A stretch of DNA of 64,000 nt from Bdellovibrionales bacterium (GTDB lineage: Bacteria > Bdellovibrionota > Bdellovibrionia > Bdellovibrionales > JAKFYE01). The DNA is taken from contig JAKFYE010000022.1 of assembly GCA_021731045.1 (NCBI GenBank), positions 43,183 to 107,182 of the forward strand, read 5' to 3'. The notes under the pieces are model-generated. The model was not told where the DNA came from, searched no databases, and saw only the letters and a program-made list of their open reading frames with translations. Positions within the stretch are counted from its first letter, which is position 1. Each line of letters begins with the position of its first letter. The position numbers were made by a program, and so were the translations under genes. Positions 58,268 to 64,000 of the stretch are shown one piece after another.

Positions 58268-60408
58268 TTTACAACCGGTGCTCTTAGTTTAGGGGCATTG
58301 AGTTCTTTGTTCAATTCAATAATAAGACGACGAGTTTGGCTTGCAGGCCCTTCAACTTTGTCTTTATCCAAACTTGAAACATTCCAATTATAAATTCCGG
58401 GCTCTAACGGCATCGAAACAAAAGATTCTTTGGCTACGATTTGACTAAGCACCGGCACGCGTTCTTTTGTATTCGGGTTCTCTCGCTCAAGTGTAATTCG
58501 GTAGGAAGCGCTCCCAGCAACTTTTTGCCATTTAAACTCAACAGTGTCGGCTTTTGGTGTCGATTTTTTCGTGTTATTCAGAGGTTCGATTAAAAGAGGT
58601 GCAGGAAGGTTCGAATTAATACGGTACTTCATCGAAAACGGAATGCTGACTTCACGGTCTTGTTTGTCTGTTGGCTTGCCTGCGTCCTTAGGATTAACCC
58701 ATTCGACTTTCCAATAATAATTCGCGCCGCGATCTAAACGTAAAGAATAGCGCGTGCTTTCGATTCCTGATTTTTTTAATGCGGTCGAAAAGTCAGGCTT
58801 TTCTGAAATATAAAATGTAAATGGACCTGCGGAGATAGGTCTTTCAACAGCCCAGCTAAACACGATAGGATCCATCGGATCACGTCGATCACGAGTAACG
58901 GTACTTTGATCCGCCGGCGACTTTAAAATAATTACGGGACCTGAAACGGTCGGTTGCACGACAGCTTTGTGCATAACGCTTTTGCCTACAATATCTCCAC
59001 CAGCATTTAAACATGTAACACTCCAATAATACTCTCCCGGTTTGTTCCATTTCCACAAATACTTAGTCTCTTTGAGTGTGACCTGATTCACAATATTGGA
59101 TTGAGCCGCATCCTTTGAAATGACAAGCTGATATTGATGTGCTTTTTCCGATCGTTTCCATTCGAAGGCAAGAGGGTCATTCAACGTCCAGACAAAACCA
59201 TTTTCTGGAAACAAAAGTTGAGGAATTTGCGCCAAAGTTCGATTGAGTTGAAAAGTAAAAGGAGCGGTTCGTCCTGTTTCGGCATTGTTTTCGCCCAAAG
59301 CTCGAACGCGCCAATAGTATTTTCCTGCTTTTAGACCACTTGCCTCAAATGTTTTATTCGGCGTTGTTTGCGTAATAATCATTTGCGTAAAACCAATGTC
59401 CTTGGAAATTTCAAGTATAAAAACTTTAGGCGCGCCCAGAGCATTCCATGTAAATGTGATTTTATCTTGCTCAGGTTCAAAATCCAAATTGGAATTATTA
59501 GCAGGCGAAACATTTACGACGCGTTTGTCTTCATCGAGTCTTAGTTCGCGCACTTCAGAATAAAATATTTTTCCGTCTTTCATTTTTGTGGATACGCGCC
59601 AATATTGTGTGCCTCTGTTAACAGCGCCACGAACCGCTTGGTGCCCATTTTTACGAAAAGTGATAGTCGTAAAATCAGGTTTCGTGCTTATTTCTAATGT
59701 TTCTTCTTTTAACTCATCATCTAGCATCGTCCAAGTGAACGGATACGTAGTTGTTTTATCAGGATCAAGAATGGAAGTTTTATCTTTGGGCGTATTTAGA
59801 ACTAATGCGACAGCGGCTTGTTTCGCTTGGCCTTTCTCATCGACATTCACTACTTTTTTAGTGGTGATATCCACTTTTTTATTTTGTTTGTCGGTGAGTG
59901 TTGCGGTCCCTTTAGTTACGATGATTTGCGTGTTGTTTTGTGTATCAGTGCGGAGTTTGAGTTCAGCACTTTTCGAGTCTAAAATGGTGTCTTTGACTTT
60001 AATCGAAAGATTTTCGCTTCCGCTTTTTGTTTCGATATCTCCAGTTTTAAAATCAACATTGAGTTGGTTAGCTCGTTTTTCCAAAACAATCAGCGAGTTT
60101 TCGGCTAAAACAATGCTACTTTTGTCTTGCAATTGAATTGTCGCGCTAGAGTCAGTGCCCGTGCGAATAGAGTCATTCGAATATAAATTTTCGTTGCTAC
60201 GTAAAGGATTCCAATACAGTGAATTTCCGAGCTTGCGTTTAACGTTGCTAACTTGTTCCTGAAGAACGCCGATCACCTCAGCTTTTTCTTCAGCGACGAG
60301 AGTGGATTCCTCAGGTTGCGTATCACGCCACAGATAATAGCTGGCAGCTGCCATCAGCATAAAAACAGGAAGTAAAACTAGAGTGTTCTTTAACCACTCT
60401 CGGCCCAA
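58264..60408 (-). CDS. Membrane-anchored FecR-domain protein with five tandem Ig/FN3-like repeats
   Basis: TTG start with AGGAG 7 nt upstream and an N-terminal TM (LVLLPVFMLMAAASYYLW). The FecR-like segment is DSIRTGTDSSATIQLQDKSSIVLAENSLIVLE. Five repeats each end in the G.YYW motif (GTQYWRV, GKYYWRV, GEYYWSV, ANYYWKV, GIYNWNV). Confidence 0.65.
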   Translation of the reverse strand: MGREWLKNTLVLLPVFMLMAAASYYLWRDTQPEESTLVAEEKAEVIGVLQEQVSNVKRKLGNSLYWNPLRSNENLYSNDSIRTGTDSSATIQLQDKSSIVLAENSLIVLEKRANQLNVDFKTGDIETKSGSENLSIKVKDTILDSKSAELKLRTDTQNNTQIIVTKGTATLTDKQNKKVDITTKKVVNVDEKGQAKQAAVALVLNTPKDKTSILDPDKTTTYPFTWTMLDDELKEETLEISTKPDFTTITFRKNGHQAVRGAVNRGTQYWRVSTKMKDGKIFYSEVRELRLDEDKRVVNVSPANNSNLDFEPEQDKITFTWNALGAPKVFILEISKDIGFTQMIITQTTPNKTFEASGLKAGKYYWRVRALGENNAETGRTAPFTFQLNRTLAQIPQLLFPENGFVWTLNDPLAFEWKRSEKAHQYQLVISKDAAQSNIVNQVTLKETKYLWKWNKPGEYYWSVTCLNAGGDIVGKSVMHKAVVQPTVSGPVIILKSPADQSTVTRDRRDPMDPIVFSWAVERPISAGPFTFYISEKPDFSTALKKSGIESTRYSLRLDRGANYYWKVEWVNPKDAGKPTDKQDREVSIPFSMKYRINSNLPAPLLIEPLNNTKKSTPKADTVEFKWQKVAGSASYRITLERENPNTKERVPVLSQIVAKESFVSMPLEPGIYNWNVSSLDKDKVEGPASQTRRLIIELNKELNAPKLRAPVVK
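58312..59802 (-). repeat. Five tandem roughly 90-100-aa Ig/FN3-like coding repeats
   Basis: Residues 203-291, 299-388, 398-484, 493-595 and 603-699 share P...(F/I).F.W......Y.L.IS.D..F........T.......L..G.YYW.V. This is the same repeat type as in the downstream gene. Confidence 0.65.
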
Positions 60409-60517
60409 AGTCGAGTCTCCTAAGATGTAAAACTACTTGATGATCACACTAATAATCATCGGACTATGTCCGTAGACCTTAAGTCTATATTAAGGAGTAC
60501 AGCTTATAGACCGACAC

Positions 60518-63022
60518 GTGATTTGCGTGAAACTAAACTATTCTGTGGGTATCGCCACAAAAATGATTTTTATTGTGACCATCATCGTAATTTCTGCGAT
60601 CGGGGTTGTGGTGTATATTGCCTCGGATTTATTTCGTGAAGACTCAGTGACAAAAGTCCAAGAGACTAACAAAGATTCTGCGGCACAATTGGCTGAGCGC
60701 GTGCACGGTATTTTTTTTGATGCGACTGAAAAAATGACTTTGATGGCACAATTTGCTACTCGCAGTGAGACACCTGAAGAAGCTCAGCGGGCGATCGACA
60801 ATACGCTGCGTGGCAGCGATGAAATCATCACATTCATCGCACAGAAATTTAATGAAAAAGGCGATCCAGAGCTTAAATTTTTTAGTTTTAATGAATCGTC
60901 GCTTGCCGAATTTAATTTGGATCGGAAAAAAATAGAAACTCAGCTTCATTTGGACCTTCTTACAAGGCTTCGTGAGAAACCAAATGAACTTATTTTGATA
61001 AATAGTTCTCCCCAATTTGGAGTTCCGCTATTTACGATTTCATTTTTAAGTCAGTCACACGAAACTACAAAAACCGCAGTGACGACACAGAGTGCGCAAA
61101 CGCCAATATCGCCGGTGGTAAAGAACGAAAAAAATTTGGCAGGGCGTTGGTGGTTTCGTGCGGAGATTCGACATGACCGCGTTTTGAAAGTATTTGCTAA
61201 TAAGAAAATTATCACATCCTACCTTGTCGATGCTAAAGGTAAACTGATGGCACACTCGGACGCTGCAATGAACGCCTCGGTCATTCAAGGTGTAAGCGTG
61301 GCAACAAATCCGATGGTACTAAAAATGTTAGAAAACGAAGCCGATAACCATCAAATGTCGTACCGAGACGATAATGATGAAGCCTATCTGGGAGCTTATA
61401 AAAAAGTGGGCGTTGCCGGCACCGGAGTTATTGCCGAAGTTTCAGAGGCCAAAGCTTTGGCCACGATTCAGCGAGTTCAATATCGATCCTTTTTAGTTAT
61501 GATCGTTGTCGTGTGTATCGCCTTCTTTTTTAATTTTGGATTTTCAAAAAGTCTGACTTCAAATCTTAAAAAACTTTTTTTGGCCACAGAACAAATTGTT
61601 ACGGGTAAGTTCGATGTGGATTTAAAAGTTAAAAGTTCAGATGAAATCGGCGCTTTAGCGAAAGCATTTTTAAATATGACAGAAGGGTTAAAAGAGCGTG
61701 ATAAAATTAAAGGTGTATTTGATAAGTTTCACTCCAAAGAAATTGCAAAAAAACTTTTAAGCGGCGAAATTAAATTGGGCGGTGAGAGAAAACAAGCCAC
61801 GGTCTTTTTTAGCGATATTCGTAGTTTTACGAGTATTTCCGAAAAAATGACACCTGATCAAGTCGTGGGTATGCTAAACGAATATTTTACGGCTATGGTC
61901 AAAATTATATTTCAGCGTCATGGCATAGTTGATAAATACATCGGCGACGCTATTTTGGCCGTCTGGGGAATTCCAGAAAATAAGCCAGGAGATGCACTCA
62001 ATGCCGTTCGCGCATGTTTAGAAATGCGTGATTTTATGAAGCTCTTTAATAAGACGCGCAAATCAAAAAATCTCAGTGAAATAAAAATCGGAATGGGATT
62101 ACACAGTGGCGAAGTGTTAGCCGGAAACATTGGTTCAAATGAACGTCTGGAATATACGGTTATTGGCGATACGGTCAATCAAGCCTCACGTATTGAGGCT
62201 GCTACCAAAGCGTTGGCGGCAGATATTTTAATTAGCGATGCAACTTATACCCTTGTTAAAGAGCAAGGAATTGTTGCAGGTCCAGGTGTATCTGTTAAAG
62301 CAAAAGGAAAATCGCAGCCTTTAACAGTTCATCAGGTGATTGGTTATCTAGATGCTGCTGGCCAACTTATGACATCGCTTTCAGAGGAAGAAATTGAGAC
62401 AATAAATTCAAGCAACACCGAACTAATGGATACAGAAGAAACCAAAACAGAGCGTGTCACTCAGCCATTGGTCCAAACGCCATCCGTCAGAAGTTTTGCT
62501 CCACCGCTAGTTCCGAATGAAATTCCACCACCTGTACCTCGTGCACCCTCAATAAATGCTCCACCCCTGTCGATAAATAGAAATATGATCCAGGAAGATG
62601 AAAACGAAGAAGTTTGGTATGTTGTGCACGATCCGGGCAGCAAAGAGTATCAAGGCCCGATGAGCCTTAAACAATTGGCTTTGAAAGTTCACAACAAACA
62701 ATTCGATTACAACATGGCTTATGCGTTTAAGATGGGCGATAGCCAAATGATACCGATCAATCAACTTCCAGCATTGAATCGTCGCGCCCCAGAACCCCCA
62801 CCGATTACAGCGGCAATTCCTGATACTGTTATTCGAAATCAGGCGCAGGCGCACGAGTGGTACGTCGGTGGACCAAACGGCGAAACTATGGGGCCTTATA
62901 CTGAGGAAAACTTGCGAGTTGCTTTAGAAAACGGAAATATCACGCGCACAACGTATGTTTGGAAAGCCGGCATGCCCAATTGGATTCATTTGTTTGAGCT
63001 TTTCTCTCGACGAGCGTCTTAA
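60518..63022 (+). CDS. Transmembrane sensor adenylate cyclase: periplasmic sensor region, HAMP, class III cyclase, Pro-rich linker, two GYF_2 domains
   Basis: Two TM segments flank a roughly 280-aa exoplasmic region. HAMP spans about nt 61544-61702. The cyclase domain spans about 61796-62345, with metal Asp residues (FFSDIRSF, IGDAILAVWG), Lys in DKYIGD, and IGDTVNQASRIE, all consistent with ATP specificity. The linker is PPLVPNEIPPPVPRAPSINAPP. GYF_2-like segments lie at about 62609-62770 (WYVV...GPMSLKQL) and 62852-63004 (WYVGGPNGETMGPYTEENL...WKAGMPNWIHL). The start is uncertain (GTG 60518 or ATG 60563). Confidence 0.8.
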   Translation: MICVKLNYSVGIATKMIFIVTIIVISAIGVVVYIASDLFREDSVTKVQETNKDSAAQLAERVHGIFFDATEKMTLMAQFATRSETPEEAQRAIDNTLRGSDEIITFIAQKFNEKGDPELKFFSFNESSLAEFNLDRKKIETQLHLDLLTRLREKPNELILINSSPQFGVPLFTISFLSQSHETTKTAVTTQSAQTPISPVVKNEKNLAGRWWFRAEIRHDRVLKVFANKKIITSYLVDAKGKLMAHSDAAMNASVIQGVSVATNPMVLKMLENEADNHQMSYRDDNDEAYLGAYKKVGVAGTGVIAEVSEAKALATIQRVQYRSFLVMIVVVCIAFFFNFGFSKSLTSNLKKLFLATEQIVTGKFDVDLKVKSSDEIGALAKAFLNMTEGLKERDKIKGVFDKFHSKEIAKKLLSGEIKLGGERKQATVFFSDIRSFTSISEKMTPDQVVGMLNEYFTAMVKIIFQRHGIVDKYIGDAILAVWGIPENKPGDALNAVRACLEMRDFMKLFNKTRKSKNLSEIKIGMGLHSGEVLAGNIGSNERLEYTVIGDTVNQASRIEAATKALAADILISDATYTLVKEQGIVAGPGVSVKAKGKSQPLTVHQVIGYLDAAGQLMTSLSEEEIETINSSNTELMDTEETKTERVTQPLVQTPSVRSFAPPLVPNEIPPPVPRAPSINAPPLSINRNMIQEDENEEVWYVVHDPGSKEYQGPMSLKQLALKVHNKQFDYNMAYAFKMGDSQMIPINQLPALNRRAPEPPPITAAIPDTVIRNQAQAHEWYVGGPNGETMGPYTEENLRVALENGNITRTTYVWKAGMPNWIHLFELFSRRAS

Positions 63023-63027
63023 TCATT

Positions 63028-64000
63028 CTAAGAATTTAAATGTTTTTTGATCGCGGCGACAAAATTTTGAATGTCACGTTCTGTATGATCAAACGTGACC
63101 ATCCAACGTACCGTATTTGTATTTTCATCCCAAACATAGAAGAAAAAATCTTTTTTTAATGGATGAATAAGTCTTTTTGGAACTTTAGCAAAGACGGCAT
63201 TGCTTTCTACGGGCGCGATTATTTCGACTTCAGGAATATTTTTTAACTCGTTTTCTAAAATTTTTGCCAACCCATGTGTGTGCATTGCGATTTCGCGCCA
63301 TAATTTGTTTTGCAAATAGGATGCAAATTGGGCTGATAAAAACCGGTGTTTACTTGCCAGTTGCATGCCTTGCTTACGATTAAACTTAAAATGAGTTGCT
63401 AAATCAGGATTAAAAAATACCACGGCTTCAACGTTTAATAGTCCATTTTTAGTTCCGCCAAACGACAAGACATCAACGCCGACATCGCAGGTGATCTCTT
63501 TTAATTCGCAGTTTAAAAACGCAGCCGCATTGGCTAAGCGAGCGCCATCCACATGAAAATAAAGACCATGCTTTTTACACAAAGCCGAAATCTCTTTCAT
63601 CTCTTGGGGGGTATACGTCGTTCCAAGTTCGGTGGGTTGGGTGATTGAAACCACTCGTGGCTGAGAATAATGTTGATCACCTCTGCGAATGAGATGTTTT
63701 TCGATGTCGGCCACCCGCAATTTACCTTGATGTGTTGGAGTGATGAAGAGTTTTGAACCCAACCATTTTTCGGGCGCTCCGCATTCATCTAAAACTAAGT
63801 GAGAGGAGTCTCCACAAATAACCCCTTCATGGGAACGAAGAGTCGCCGAAAGCCCCAATACATTTGCAGCGGTACCATTAAAAACAAGAAAGACTTCTGT
63901 TGTTTTTGAAAATGTATTTTTAAAAAGGCAATTCATATCTTCGGTGGTTTCATCGATGCCATATGACTGTGCATGCCCCGCGTTTACGTGCACAAGAGCC
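63028..64000 (-). CDS. ltaE: Low-specificity L-threonine aldolase (PLP-dependent), N-terminus beyond the window edge
   Basis: The frame stays open to nt 64000. Motifs are NGTAANV, HVDGARLANAAA and the PLP-Lys context SFGGTKNG. Confidence 0.8.
   Translation of the reverse strand, partial: ALVHVNAGHAQSYGIDETTEDMNCLFKNTFSKTTEVFLVFNGTAANVLGLSATLRSHEGVICGDSSHLVLDECGAPEKWLGSKLFITPTHQGKLRVADIEKHLIRRGDQHYSQPRVVSITQPTELGTTYTPQEMKEISALCKKHGLYFHVDGARLANAAAFLNCELKEITCDVGVDVLSFGGTKNGLLNVEAVVFFNPDLATHFKFNRKQGMQLASKHRFLSAQFASYLQNKLWREIAMHTHGLAKILENELKNIPEVEIIAPVESNAVFAKVPKRLIHPLKKDFFFYVWDENTNTVRWMVTFDHTERDIQNFVAAIKKHLNS

Overview
This is a 64-kb, low-to-moderate GC, very gene-dense window. I call about 58 protein-coding genes, many joined by 1-nt (TAATG) or 4-nt (ATGA, GTGA, TTGA) start/stop overlaps. 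By eye I found no rRNA, tRNA, CRISPR array, transposase, integrase or prophage gene. All family calls come from motif recognition in the supplied translations, because I could not run BLAST or HMM searches.

Most of the window is core housekeeping of a diderm bacterium:
- S8 peptidase (5'-partial), uvrC, SpoIID-like
- queA-tgt-yajC-secD-secF-recJ, and queC plus a DUF366-like gene
- an NFACT/RqcH-like gene
- an ABC ATPase / ABC-2 permease / GldG-like / DUF4340 / GHMP kinase / DUF429-like operon
- secG, and the minus-strand blocks tmk-holB-tatD and gap-pgk-tpiA
- a response regulator with GAF domain, fbaB (class I aldolase), lysS, an alpha/beta hydrolase, tilS, ftsH
- cdaA-cdaR-glmM, pdxJ, nnr, tsaE, and ltaE (partial at the right edge)

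Gene content and composition suggest a Bdellovibrionota / Bacteriovoracaceae-like or related delta-type organism: an AgmX/PglI-type tail, GldFG-like ABC genes, many FecR, lipoprotein and OMP genes, and low GC. This is an unverified guess.

The least ordinary part is the 13-kb block between tsaE and ltaE (49959-63022). It contains only uncharacterised envelope and second-messenger genes:
- a GspE-N-like / Pro-rich / GAF-like protein
- a small OMP, a 1128-aa Met-zincin lipoprotein and a second small OMP
- a translationally coupled pair: a FecR transmembrane protein with five Ig/FN3-like repeats, and a protein with three of the same repeats fused to a predicted beta-barrel
- a divergent sensor-HAMP-class III adenylate cyclase ending in two GYF_2 domains

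I flag this block as the best candidate for an undescribed trans-envelope cAMP signalling/protease system, as a hypothesis only. Secondary curiosities are a DUF366-like gene translationally coupled to queC, a dense GCCC(T)AAAA repeat cluster between two divergent lipoprotein genes, a Cys-rich PT-repeat lipoprotein, a Lys-rich H1-like protein, and a degenerate UDG-fold gene coupled to SpoIID.
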